The notes beneath the pieces are model-generated. The model did not search any database. It was not told the DNA's origin and saw nothing but the letters and a program-made list of their open reading frames with translations. 44,152 nucleotides of DNA. Origin: Candidatus Alloclostridium intestinigallinarum. Lineage in GTDB: Bacteria > Bacillota > Clostridia > Christensenellales > UBA3700. The stretch spans positions 1-44,152 of the forward strand of contig CAJFNB010000003.1 of NCBI GenBank assembly GCA_904393845.1, written 5' to 3'. How positions within the stretch are numbered: the first letter of the stretch is position 1; every line of letters starts with the position of its first letter. A program made the position numbers and the translations under genes. Below, piece by piece: positions 26,142-35,251 of this stretch.

Positions 26142-26645
26142 TTATTCCTCGGAGTAAGGCACCACCACGACCTGTGTAGCGTTATAATCCGTTTCGGACA
26201 GTATCACCGAAAGTATGCCCGCCACCTGCTCGCTTGTAAGTTCGCTTTGGGATACGACGACGTTGATATTGTCTTCGCTCATCGTGACTACCGCGTCTTC
26301 AAAGCCCTGCGCCTTGACAAGCCCTTCCAGGACGAGTTCGCGCTCTATTACGTCGATAAGTTCGAGCTTCTTTTCGTTGGCGGAAGCGATAAGTTCTTCA
26401 GTAGAAGTATCGGAAGACAATATCGCGTCCAGAAGTGCGAATTCTTCCGCCCTTGCGGTTTCGCGCTCCGCCCTGCACGAGGTGAAGAATGTTTCCGCGG
26501 TGGTTACGGTGTTGCCGTCGTTGCCCGACTGGACTATTTTGTCGTTGAGCACGAAGTTGAGCGTGCCCGTGACGATGAGCAACGCAACCATCGAACAAAG
26601 TACGATGACTTTTTTTGCGTTTGCCGAAAGTTTTTTGATTTTCAT
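26142..26645 (-). CDS. spoIIIAH: Stage III sporulation protein AH
   Basis: N-terminal TM, FFTSCRAERETAR and LEGLVKAQGFEDAVV; last gene of the operon. Confidence 0.9.
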   Translation of the reverse strand: MKIKKLSANAKKVIVLCSMVALLIVTGTLNFVLNDKIVQSGNDGNTVTTAETFFTSCRAERETARAEEFALLDAILSSDTSTEELIASANEKKLELIDVIERELVLEGLVKAQGFEDAVVTMSEDNINVVVSQSELTSEQVAGILSVILSETDYNATQVVVVPYSEE

Positions 26646-26665
26646 ATATTTACCTCCGTTGGGTT

Positions 26666-27046
26666 TTAATTTTTCTTGTAAACCTTGATTTTACCGCCGT
26701 CGACGTTCATGAGAGTGCAGATAACGTCGATTATTTTCAGCTTCACGTTCATATCTCCCGCACCCTCCGCCGACACGACCACGCCTTCCACTCCGCCGTC
26801 TTCGCCGTACGTGACCATAACGGTACAGTCACCCACGCCCGTTATGCTTTCGAGCAGTCCTTCAAGCCGCGCTTCCTCCGATTGGCTCTGCGACTGGGGC
26901 GTATATACGGGAATTTCCGTACCGTCCTTGTTGCTCACGCCCAGATAAACCAGAATAGCTATACAGATTGCCGCCGCAAGCAGTATAAGCTCGATATGCC
27001 TGACCGTTTTCAGTTTTTCGGCAATACTTTTCAACTTCCCCTTCAT
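26666..27046 (-). CDS. spoIIIAG: Stage III sporulation protein AG (compact)
   Basis: TM followed by EEARLEGLLESITGVGDCTVMVT...VEGVVVSAEGA; start after a GAGGGG RBS. Confidence 0.88.
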   Translation of the reverse strand: MKGKLKSIAEKLKTVRHIELILLAAAICIAILVYLGVSNKDGTEIPVYTPQSQSQSEEARLEGLLESITGVGDCTVMVTYGEDGGVEGVVVSAEGAGDMNVKLKIIDVICTLMNVDGGKIKVYKKN

Positions 27047-27407
27047 TCGCGCCGCCCCTCTCCCGTTTCCAAGATTCAAGTGTGCACTTTTCAGTAATAT
27101 ATATATTTGCGGAATTTTCGGTTATGTCTGTTGACCGGGCTTCTTTTTCTTTATCGTCCTGTTTGTCCCGCAAATCTTCCAGCTTTTCCAGAAGCTCCCC
27201 GTCAGTCGTTATCGGCGTACTTTTGAAAAAGTCTTCCACCGCCGTTTCCGAATCGAGAAAAAACGGTATCGGCGCGACTATCGCCGCCACAACGAACACC
27301 GCGAGAAATCCTTTTATATATTTTGCCGTTTCCCCTTCCGGCAGCAGAATGTCCGCCAACGTGGCAAGGGCTATTACGCCCACTATTCCCATTATCCAAC
27401 CGCTCAT
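26862..27407 (-). CDS. spoIIIAF: Stage III sporulation protein AF (recognisable N-terminus; C-terminus runs into spoIIIAG)
   Basis: W...LADILLPEGETAKYIKGF...IVAPI; position between AE and AG. Confidence 0.78.
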   Translation of the reverse strand: MSGWIMGIVGVIALATLADILLPEGETAKYIKGFLAVFVVAAIVAPIPFFLDSETAVEDFFKSTPITTDGELLEKLEDLRDKQDDKEKEARSTDITENSANIYITEKCTLESWKRERGGANEGEVEKYCRKTENGQAYRAYTACGGNLYSYSGLSGREQQGRYGNSRIYAPVAEPIGGSAA

Positions 27408-28612
27408 ATTACCCCCGCGTTACACGTGCCGATTATCAGCATCACTAAAATTACAAACATAAACGCCATTCCCGCAAGCGCCGCGGTAAGCAAAGACGTG
27501 TTTTTCGATACGCCGTAAAGCAAATCGCTTATGCGTTTGTCGGAACAGATCGGTTCGCAAAGCCCCGCGGTAAGTTTAAGACCCAGCGTGAACACCGCCG
27601 TCTGGACAATCGGCACGGCGACCGCGGCGAAAAGCATTATCACGCTTACAAGCCCAAGCGAATTTTTTATGAGTATTATTCCTGTAAGGGCAAGGTCGAG
27701 CCCGTCCGACAGATACCCTCCCAATATGGGAATGTAACTTTGTACGGCGAACTTTGCTGTCTTTATCGAGATTGAGTCGGCAATTCCGCCCGCAAGTCCC
27801 TGCATTGTCAAAAAAGCGGCAAAAAGAGAAAACGCGCCCGCCAGAACGAATACCGCAACCGATTTGAAAAATTTTGTCAGTCTGCCGAGTTTTATGTTCG
27901 AGGACATATTACCCACTATGCTCAGCACGACCGCCGCCACGAAGCACGGCAGTACGAGCGACGAAATTATCGTTCCTATACCGGTGGACAATATTGCCAT
28001 AAGCGGACTGTACACCCCTGCCGCCGACGCGGAGCCGAGCGCCGTTATAAGTGTAAGTAATATAGGAAATACCGCCTGCATGAGCGAGCACATACCTTCT
28101 ATTGTTTGCTCTACCCGGACGATTATCGCGGTAATCTGAACGGATAATATAACTATAATCGCCGCATAGCACGCAAAATGAACAATTTCCCTCGTATTGT
28201 TTCTTAAAAAACCGGAAGACAGCCCCTGCATCATGCTCGTCATTACCGCAATGGCGAATATGGCGGCAAAAGCCGGAACACAGGTTTTTATTCCGCCCGT
28301 AACGGCGTTAAGGATTATAGACGTGAACTGTTCCGCACCAAGGGAAAACTCTCCGTCCAGAACCGACTGTACAAGTTCTTTTACGCCCTGCGAAAACGTC
28401 TTGTCAGTCCCGTATTCCTTCGCCCATTCTTCAAGCTCGGTGAAGTCTATCGCGTCCATGCCGTCGTTTACGTTGTTTTGCAACTCGTCGTACACTTCCT
28501 CTTCCGTAAGCCCCTGCTGCTTATCGTCTTCTTCGGCCTCAGCCGTGAACGAAAAACAGGTCAGGATTGCCGCGAAAGATATCAAAAGTAAAAACAGTAA
28601 CGTCTTTTTCAT
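27404..28612 (-). CDS. spoIIIAE: Stage III sporulation protein AE
   Basis: Signal peptide, multiple TM segments, KTAKFAVQSYIPILGGYLSD and IKNSLG. Confidence 0.93.
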   Translation of the reverse strand: MKKTLLFLLLISFAAILTCFSFTAEAEEDDKQQGLTEEEVYDELQNNVNDGMDAIDFTELEEWAKEYGTDKTFSQGVKELVQSVLDGEFSLGAEQFTSIILNAVTGGIKTCVPAFAAIFAIAVMTSMMQGLSSGFLRNNTREIVHFACYAAIIVILSVQITAIIVRVEQTIEGMCSLMQAVFPILLTLITALGSASAAGVYSPLMAILSTGIGTIISSLVLPCFVAAVVLSIVGNMSSNIKLGRLTKFFKSVAVFVLAGAFSLFAAFLTMQGLAGGIADSISIKTAKFAVQSYIPILGGYLSDGLDLALTGIILIKNSLGLVSVIMLFAAVAVPIVQTAVFTLGLKLTAGLCEPICSDKRISDLLYGVSKNTSLLTAALAGMAFMFVILVMLIIGTCNAGVI

Positions 28613-28995
28613 GAAATAAGCGCGGAAATTGCCTTTATAAGCGAAGTCACAATGGGCATAGCGGTAAGAAAAATTGTTATCTTGCCGGCGAGCGAAATTT
28701 TTTTGCCTATCGAAGCGCAGTCAAGGTCGTTGCACAGACTGACGGAATATTCCGTCAGATAACCGATTCCGATTATTTTCAGAAGAGAAGAAAACAACGC
28801 CCTGTTCAGTCCGGTCTTATCTACTATCTCTTCAAACGCCACGATAACGTCGGAAAGCGCGGAAAGAGTTATTATCAGGATCACTATTCCGGCGGCGATT
28901 ACCGCCATCGGCGCGTATTCGCTGCGCGCATGGCGGAGAAGAAGCGCGGCTATCGCGCCCACCAGCCCTATTCCTATTACTTTGATTATGTCCAT
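28609..28995 (-). CDS. spoIIIAD: Stage III sporulation protein AD
   Basis: LLKIIGIGYLTEY...LCND...KISLAGKITI...PI. Confidence 0.93.
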   Translation of the reverse strand: MDIIKVIGIGLVGAIAALLLRHARSEYAPMAVIAAGIVILIITLSALSDVIVAFEEIVDKTGLNRALFSSLLKIIGIGYLTEYSVSLCNDLDCASIGKKISLAGKITIFLTAMPIVTSLIKAISALIS

Positions 28996-29192
28996 CAGTA
29001 CAGATTAAGCAGCGAGCGCAGGCTGTCAAAAAGTCCGCCGAGCATATCTAGAACCATTACCAGCACTATGATAAGCCCTGCCAAGGTGACGAAAGTGGCT
29101 ATTTCATCCTTGTCGCTTTTCTTAAGAATAATGTTGATTATCGCGGTTAAAATGCCTACGCCGGCTATTTTGAATATAGATTCTATCTCCAT
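28995..29192 (-). CDS. spoIIIAC: Stage III sporulation protein AC
   Basis: IFKIAGVGIL...TLAGLIIVL; 65 aa. Confidence 0.94.
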   Translation of the reverse strand: MEIESIFKIAGVGILTAIINIILKKSDKDEIATFVTLAGLIIVLVMVLDMLGGLFDSLRSLLNLY

Positions 29193-29200
29193 TTTCCCTC

Positions 29201-29701
29201 CTAAGCGGCAAGTATCATGGCGGCTATTCCGAGCACCACGCCCAGCTTGAAAGCAAGCGTGCCCGTTGTTTCGTATTTCTTTTTATAGAAGTTGAGCGGA
29301 GTTTCGACCGCCGCCCTAGCTTTACGCAAATTTTCTGTCTGGGTATCCGCGTCCACTTTACCCAATCCGTAAAATACGCTTGCAATCTCCTTTCGCTGTC
29401 TTTTTTCCACGTACGGGGAAGCAAAAAGCTCGTCGAATTCCGCCCGTCCCGTTTTTCCTTCTTCAAGCATGGTGCAGTACCGCGACAGTATTTTGATGAA
29501 TTCGCCTTTTTTGCCCCTGCAATATTCGCGCGTGCTCTCAACAAGCGGAGTTTTCAGAAAGCCTATGTCTTCCTGCAGATAGTCAAGATAACCTGCATAC
29601 TGCTCGTAAATCTCTTTACGCTTTCTGTAGTACGAACGGATACCTATTCCCGTATACGCGCAACAGGCAAACAAAATTCCGCCCAGGATAAGCTCAAGCA
29701 T
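29201..29701 (-). CDS. spoIIIAB: Stage III sporulation protein AB
   Basis: N-terminal TM, IGFLKTPL, LGKVDADTQ and C-terminal LGVVLGIAAMIL. Confidence 0.88.
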   Translation of the reverse strand: MLELILGGILFACCAYTGIGIRSYYRKRKEIYEQYAGYLDYLQEDIGFLKTPLVESTREYCRGKKGEFIKILSRYCTMLEEGKTGRAEFDELFASPYVEKRQRKEIASVFYGLGKVDADTQTENLRKARAAVETPLNFYKKKYETTGTLAFKLGVVLGIAAMILAA

Positions 29702-30542
29702 TTTTCCTCCCCCTGTCGTATACGGCTCCCACTTTTCCCACGTCTTCCAGCACTACGAAATATCGCATGACCTGTAAAAGCGGACGGTATATTTCGCTTG
29801 CGTAAACTTCGTTTATTCCCCCTGCGTGCAGTGAAGCGAACACAACCACCCCGCACCGCGATATGTCGCATATGGCCCGGACTTCGCGTTCACCGAATAC
29901 CTCGTCAGTAACTATCACGTCGGGACGCATGGTTCTTACCAGGGTTTCGTATGCGGTTATCTTCGGAATATTGCACGCGACGTCGCACATATTGCCCGTT
30001 TCAACGGCTATTTTCCCTTCGTCCACGGGAATCAGTTCGCCGCGCTCGTCAAGTACCAGGACGTTCTTATCCTGCGACAGCAGTCTGGCACATTCGCGAA
30101 GCATAGTGGTCTTACCCAATCCTGGAGGAGATATTATCAACGTATTATCGGTATTTTTCAATACTTCCCCCAGTTTGTCGCAACACCCCTTTACTTCGTG
30201 CGGAAGGCGGATACACAGCGACGTCACGTTTTTCAAAGTAAACAGACTGCCGTTTTTCATCACTCCTTCTCCGCATATGCCCAGACGGTAGCCCCTGCCG
30301 CAGACAAGATAGCCGCGCGCTATGCTGTCGTTGGCGGCATATACGGAATGTCCCGTTGCCATGCCTATCGCCCTTTCGATGTCATCGGCCGTGACTATAC
30401 AGCCCTCTATCACGTTGTATCTGCCCATACACGCGTAACTTACGGGCTTGCCGACGCGCAGCCGCAGTTCGGATACCTGCTCTTCGCTTACAATTCCGAA
30501 TACGGCGTTATATATACTTTCGCTCAACAACTTGTCCAACAT
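29694..30542 (-). CDS. spoIIIAA: Stage III sporulation protein AA (ATPase)
   Basis: ELRLR, GYRLGICG, ISPPGLGKTTMLRE, LDERGE, RTMRPDVIVTDE and ASLH; ATG 30542 preferred over TTG 30566. Confidence 0.94.
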   Translation of the reverse strand: MLDKLLSESIYNAVFGIVSEEQVSELRLRVGKPVSYACMGRYNVIEGCIVTADDIERAIGMATGHSVYAANDSIARGYLVCGRGYRLGICGEGVMKNGSLFTLKNVTSLCIRLPHEVKGCCDKLGEVLKNTDNTLIISPPGLGKTTMLRECARLLSQDKNVLVLDERGELIPVDEGKIAVETGNMCDVACNIPKITAYETLVRTMRPDVIVTDEVFGEREVRAICDISRCGVVVFASLHAGGINEVYASEIYRPLLQVMRYFVVLEDVGKVGAVYDRGRKNA

Positions 30543-30551
30543 CTTCGATTT

Positions 30552-30580
30552 AATATATTTGGACAAGCGGCGGAATATGA
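30552..30580 (-). promoter_or_regulatory. sigmaE-type promoter of the spoIIIA operon
   Basis: Minus strand TCATATT-14-AATATATT; spoIIIA is an established sigmaE target. Confidence 0.65.
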
Positions 30581-30581
30581 C

Positions 30582-30884
30582 TTATGCGCCGCTTTTCACA
30601 TTCCGCCTGCGGTATAACCGCGCGTGCAGAAGAAGCAGTTTTTTGTTTTTCACCTTCCGCCCGGCTTTGGAGTAACAATAGAAAGTAAGAATGAGAAACG
30701 GAGAAGTAGGCAAAAGAGGAATCACCACACCCAGCGAACCTATACACAGAAAAAAGGTGCCGAGTACCGTCATGAAAGTATTGAAAATCCGTCTGTCGTC
30801 TACGGCGGCGGACTTTACGGGGCGATTGGCTTGCTGCGGGATTACGTCTGCGGCAAATAAAAAACGCGCGGTCACCTTCTTCAT
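30582..30884 (-). CDS. YbaN/DUF454-like small membrane protein, apparently truncated (possible pseudogene); start uncertain
   Basis: LGTFFLCIGSLGVVIPLLPTSPFLILTFYCYSK resembles the YbaN N-terminal LPxLPTTPFLLL motif; no further TM segments follow. Confidence 0.55.
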   Translation of the reverse strand: MKKVTARFLFAADVIPQQANRPVKSAAVDDRRIFNTFMTVLGTFFLCIGSLGVVIPLLPTSPFLILTFYCYSKAGRKVKNKKLLLLHARLYRRRNVKSGA

Positions 30885-30918
30885 ATTATAAAATATGAGA
30901 AGAGTCCGCGCGTTTTGC

Positions 30919-30948
30919 AAAAAAATCCGCCATAAGGCGGATATTTTT
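30919..30948. terminator. Terminator after efp
   Basis: A-run, ATCCGCC-ATAA-GGCGGAT, T-run. Confidence 0.85.
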
Positions 30949-30952
30949 CGAA

Positions 30953-31519
30953 TTAAACTCTGGACATATAAGATCCGGTGCGGGTATCTACCCTGATGGT
31001 GTCGCCTTCGTTTACGAAAAGAGGTACGTTGAGGGTATATCCCGTTTCAAGGGTGGCGGGCTTGGACGCGCCCGTTGCGGTATTGCCCTTAACGCCAGGT
31101 TCGCTGTGGACGATGGTGAGTTCCACAAAGTTGGGAGCTTCCACAGAGAAAGGACTGCCGTTGTAGAAGTTGATGGTCACTTCCCCGTTTTCGGGAACGA
31201 ACTGCAGCGCTTCCTTGCAAACTTCGCCGTTAAGCGGTATCATATCGAATGTTTCGGGATCCATGAAGTAGTACAGATCGCCGTCGTTGTACGAATAAGT
31301 GTAAGTCTTGCGTTGAATGTGTGCAGTGGGGAACTTGTCCGTAGGGTTAAACGTCTTTTCGATCACGCCTCCGGAAATAACGTTACGAAGCTTGGTGCGC
31401 ACGAATGCCGCGCCCTTGCCCGGTTTGACGTGCAGAAAGTCCACGATGGTGTAAACCTTGCCGTCCATCTCAAAAGTAACGCCGTTCCTGAAATCACCTG
31501 CCATTACGAAATCAGCCAT
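30953..31519 (-). CDS. efp: Translation elongation factor P
   Basis: [22 protein letters not shown] and KPATLETG; GGAGG RBS. Confidence 0.98.
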   Translation of the reverse strand: MADFVMAGDFRNGVTFEMDGKVYTIVDFLHVKPGKGAAFVRTKLRNVISGGVIEKTFNPTDKFPTAHIQRKTYTYSYNDGDLYYFMDPETFDMIPLNGEVCKEALQFVPENGEVTINFYNGSPFSVEAPNFVELTIVHSEPGVKGNTATGASKPATLETGYTLNVPLFVNEGDTIRVDTRTGSYMSRV

Positions 31520-31539
31520 AAAAAACCTCCGATAGTAGT

Positions 31540-32598
31540 CTACTTTAATATAATAAGGGATTTATCCGACTTTGTCAAATTATCCGCGCCATCTTGTGTA
31601 ATTTTTACCATATCTTCTATGCGGATACCGAAATCACCGTCGAAATACAGTCCCGGCTCCACCGTTATCACCTGTCCCTCCCGCAACGGTTGGGAGTTGT
31701 AATACGGCTGTTCGTGGATATCTATTCCCACGCCGTGCCCCAGCGAATGGGTAAAATTCTTCTCCACGCCGCTTTCCTTGAAAAATTCGCGCACGCAGTT
31801 CTCTGCCTGTTTTCCTATTACTCCCGCACGCAGGAAGGCGATTCCGCGCCTGTTTGCTTCCAGAACCGCGGCGTAAACGTCAGCCTTCCGCCCTTCCGGG
31901 CTCTTAAAAGCTACCGTCCTGGTCATGTCCGAACAATAGCCGTGCCAGCGCGCGCCGAAGTCCATGGTGATAAAGTCGCCCTCTTTCAGCGCTCTTTCCG
32001 AGCGGTGCGCATGCGGCTTCGCGCCGTTTTCGCCGAAAGCCATTATCGTATCGAAAGCAAGCGTCGCTCCCTTTGACTGCATTATATATTCAAGACGGGC
32101 GGCAAGTTCCGTTTCGCTGACGCCTTCCTTGATAAATTTCAGAATTTCGGTAAACGCCGCGTCAGTTATCGACTGCGCCTTTTCAATACAGCCGAGTTCG
32201 TAGGCGCTTTTTACGGAACGCATTTCGTAAAGCGCGAGGGAAACGTCTTTTACGCACCCGAAAACCGTACCGGGTTTGCCCATAACGCCCAGGGCGTAGC
32301 GGTATTGATTATGCGGCATATTAAATTCCACGCCCACCCTAGCACATTTTTTCAGCAACTTGCACGCCTCCGTGATACTGCCTTCGCGGATTTCGTATTC
32401 GGCGGAAATGCGTTCGCGCGCTTCGGAAAGATACCTCTTGTCGGTAAAATAGAACGCGCCCTTTCCCGTTACGGCTATTGCCGCCTGGGTTGAAGCGTAT
32501 CCCGTGAGATATATTCTGTTTGGTTCGGTGAATATGAGCGCTCCGTCTACCTTGGCTATATCAAGAATCCGTCTGCATTCGTCAGCGTTTAACGGCAT
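31540..32598 (-). CDS. Xaa-Pro aminopeptidase/dipeptidase (M24B)
   Basis: [32 protein letters not shown] and GIRIED; usual position before efp. Confidence 0.95.
   Translation of the reverse strand: MPLNADECRRILDIAKVDGALIFTEPNRIYLTGYASTQAAIAVTGKGAFYFTDKRYLSEARERISAEYEIREGSITEACKLLKKCARVGVEFNMPHNQYRYALGVMGKPGTVFGCVKDVSLALYEMRSVKSAYELGCIEKAQSITDAAFTEILKFIKEGVSETELAARLEYIMQSKGATLAFDTIMAFGENGAKPHAHRSERALKEGDFITMDFGARWHGYCSDMTRTVAFKSPEGRKADVYAAVLEANRRGIAFLRAGVIGKQAENCVREFFKESGVEKNFTHSLGHGVGIDIHEQPYYNSQPLREGQVITVEPGLYFDGDFGIRIEDMVKITQDGADNLTKSDKSLIILK
31550..31578 (-). promoter_or_regulatory. Internal sigmaA promoter for efp
   Basis: Minus strand TTGACA-17-TATTAT inside the 3' end of the upstream peptidase gene. 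Confidence 0.55.
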
Positions 32599-33433
32599 AA
32601 TAATACCTCCTCATAAGCCCGGCGTCGCGCGTCTGCGTACCAGCGCTTTCGCATATAACATAAGGCTGAATATTATACTCCGCAAAGACCTCCATAAGCG
32701 GCTCGTAAGGCGGTCCGAACTTTTCATCGTCGAAAGTCAGATGCCTGACTTCGCCTTTTGCGGAATACTCTATCTTGGAAAAATGGACGTGCATTATATT
32801 CGTCTTTTCTTCTCCCACTCCCTCAAGAAGTCTGTCCACCGCCCTCTTGTAATCGTCTTTGGAATAGAAAACGCCTAAATCGCGCGCGTTCAGATGCCCG
32901 AAGTCAACGCACGGGATAAAAGTTTTATCCAGCGAACACATTCTTATAACCTCGTCGAGCGTGCCGAGCTGGGCCTGCTTGCCCATTGTTTCAAGACACA
33001 GATACTTATCGTCGTAACCGTACTCGTGTTTAAGCCGCGCGACTTCTTCAAGTCTCTTCATAAGTATATCCATCGCCCTGCTTCTTTCTTCTTTAAGCGG
33101 AGAACCGGGGTGAACCACGCACCTTTTTCCGCCGAACCAGGTCAATGCCGCAAGGGAATCGAAGATATAGCGGTGGTTATTTTCCGCCTTTTCGTCTTCC
33201 TGCGTCGCCAGATTTATAAAATACGGCGCGTGTACGGATATTTCCTTACCGAATTTATCGAACTCCGCGCCTATCGCCTGCGCCGTCGATTGTTGTATCC
33301 TGACCCCTCTGCCGAAGGAGTACTCGAAGCAGTCCAGGTCGTGCGCTTCAAGCCATGCGGGCATTTCGACGGTATGGGCGTGACCTTCCGCCGTAAAATC
33401 TTCGCTGGTACCGCTTGGACCGAATTTAATCAT
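32582..33433 (-). CDS. Endonuclease IV-like TIM-barrel protein
   Basis: SVHAPYFINL, VVHPG, CLETMGK, DFGH, HVHFS, RHLTF and ICES metal ligands; start set to ATG 33433 overlapping the ribF end. Confidence 0.88.
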   Translation of the reverse strand: MIKFGPSGTSEDFTAEGHAHTVEMPAWLEAHDLDCFEYSFGRGVRIQQSTAQAIGAEFDKFGKEISVHAPYFINLATQEDEKAENNHRYIFDSLAALTWFGGKRCVVHPGSPLKEERSRAMDILMKRLEEVARLKHEYGYDDKYLCLETMGKQAQLGTLDEVIRMCSLDKTFIPCVDFGHLNARDLGVFYSKDDYKRAVDRLLEGVGEEKTNIMHVHFSKIEYSAKGEVRHLTFDDEKFGPPYEPLMEVFAEYNIQPYVICESAGTQTRDAGLMRRYYYAVKR

Positions 33434-34346
33434 TTTCAAACTTTTCACGGGCAAACATAACGTCTTTACGCAATTGCTCCGCTATTTCCTCCTTGGAATT
33501 GAATTTTACAATATCACGGATTTTGTCCATAAATTCAACGGTTATCGTCCTGCCGTATAAGTCGCCGTCGAAACCGATGATATGCGTTTCCACGTTTACG
33601 GAATAATCGCCGAAAGTTGGATGATCGCCCACGTTGGTAATGCAGGGATATTTCTTTCCGCACAGAGTTACGTTCGTATAGTATACGCCGGTTTTCGGCT
33701 TCAACTTGTCTTTTTCAAGATTTACGTTTGCCGTCGGAAAGCCTATTTTCCGTCCGTCGTGTCTGCCGTGCACAACCTTTCCCATAATTATGTAAGGTAA
33801 CGGCAAATACCGATTTACCGAACGTATATCGCCGTTTTTTACAAATTCGCGTATTTTTCTTGAAGCAATTTTTTCGCCGTTTTTATCTCTTTTAAGCTCG
33901 TACGCCTTGAAGAATATATCCTTTTTCCCGCAAAAGGCGCGCAGTGAGCCGACGTTGCCCGCGCCTTTTGCCCCGTAAGTGTAGTCTGCGCCGCAGACAA
34001 TGGCGCGAATATTGAATCTATCTGTCAGGGCGGAAAGAAACTCTTCCGGCGGCGTGGATAAAAACGCTTCGTCACACCTGACGGTAACAGCCGAATGTAT
34101 ACCCAATTCGTCCATACGGTACAGCCTTTCGCGCAAAGTGAATATCTCACCTTCGCCGCTCTTGTTCAAAAATTCCGCGGGACTTACGTCGAACGTAAAA
34201 AGTGCGGGTTCCGCGCCCAGCTTTAATCCTGCTTCCTTCGCGCCGCCGATAATTTCCGTATGCCCCAGGTGCAAGCAATCGAAAAAGCCGAGGCACAGAG
34301 CCATGGGGGTATCGCTTCCTGCCGAATAATCGTAAACTTTTACCAT
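33426..34346 (-). CDS. ribF: Bifunctional riboflavin kinase/FAD synthetase
   Basis: GFFDCLHLGH, ASRKIR, GRKIGFPTAN, GVY, VETH and DLYG. Confidence 0.95.
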   Translation of the reverse strand: MVKVYDYSAGSDTPMALCLGFFDCLHLGHTEIIGGAKEAGLKLGAEPALFTFDVSPAEFLNKSGEGEIFTLRERLYRMDELGIHSAVTVRCDEAFLSTPPEEFLSALTDRFNIRAIVCGADYTYGAKGAGNVGSLRAFCGKKDIFFKAYELKRDKNGEKIASRKIREFVKNGDIRSVNRYLPLPYIIMGKVVHGRHDGRKIGFPTANVNLEKDKLKPKTGVYYTNVTLCGKKYPCITNVGDHPTFGDYSVNVETHIIGFDGDLYGRTITVEFMDKIRDIVKFNSKEEIAEQLRKDVMFAREKFEND

Positions 34347-35251
34347 AAATTTATCCGTGCCTTCATTATGCCGCCGCTACAATGCGCTACGGCGTATTCT
34401 TTTCCGTCTATCGTAACCAGTACGTCGCCGTCCGCCCTGGCGGTGCGCACCGGTATGCCGTTTGTGAATTTCTTTATATCGTTTTGCGCAAGTTCTTCAA
34501 TATCGTAAATACCCGAAAGCGCGGTGATCACCGGTATGATATTTGCCTGCGGATTCGCCTTGGCTTCCTCAATCCCGACGGCGTTTTCCAAAGTAAAACA
34601 ACCGCTGTAAGTGCGTTTAAGTTCCGTCATCGTACCCAAAGAGCCGCACGCCAGCGCAATATCGCGGCAAAGCGAGCGAATGTATGTCCCGCCGCCGCAC
34701 TCTACCGTAAAAGCTATCTCGGATACCTTATCCGCGTCATCGTAATTTTTACCGCCGTTCACGCTGTCCAGCGTAAGGGAAAAAATATTTACTTTCACGG
34801 GGCGCATTTGTATTTCAGCGCCGCTCCGCGCCAGCTTATACGCCTTCACTCCGCCGACGGATTTTGCGCTGTATATGGGCGGAATCTGTTCAATTTCACC
34901 CGTAAAACCGGTTATCGCGGCTTTTATTTGCGCAACGGTCGGCAAAATATCCGTCCTTTCCGATACTTCGCCTTCAATGTCGAGCGTGTCCGTTTCATAG
35001 CCGAACGCCATACGCGCCGCATATCCCTTCGACTTATTCATAAGAACGTCGAAAAGGCGCGTTGCCTTGCCTGCGGCTACGGGCAGCACTCCGGTAGCCA
35101 TCGGATCCAGCGTGCCCATATGCCCGACTTTGACCTTGTATCCGACCGATTTGGAAAGCGCGCCGCGGAGAACTGCGACTACGTCGGACGAAGTCCAGCC
35201 GCGGGGCTTGTCTATACAGAAAAAACCGCTTATTCCAGATGATCCCTGCAT
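34340..35251 (-). CDS. truB: tRNA pseudouridine(55) synthase
   Basis: DKPRGWTS, KVGHMGTLDPMATGVL, QIPPIYSA and GTYIRSL. Confidence 0.97.
   Translation of the reverse strand: MQGSSGISGFFCIDKPRGWTSSDVVAVLRGALSKSVGYKVKVGHMGTLDPMATGVLPVAAGKATRLFDVLMNKSKGYAARMAFGYETDTLDIEGEVSERTDILPTVAQIKAAITGFTGEIEQIPPIYSAKSVGGVKAYKLARSGAEIQMRPVKVNIFSLTLDSVNGGKNYDDADKVSEIAFTVECGGGTYIRSLCRDIALACGSLGTMTELKRTYSGCFTLENAVGIEEAKANPQANIIPVITALSGIYDIEELAQNDIKKFTNGIPVRTARADGDVLVTIDGKEYAVAHCSGGIMKARINLW

Noticed and set aside
34260-34295. RibF motif GFFDCLHLGH (Cys in place of the usual Gly) as a sign of inactivation
   Set aside because: The HxGH and all kinase motifs are intact; one substitution is not evidence of loss.
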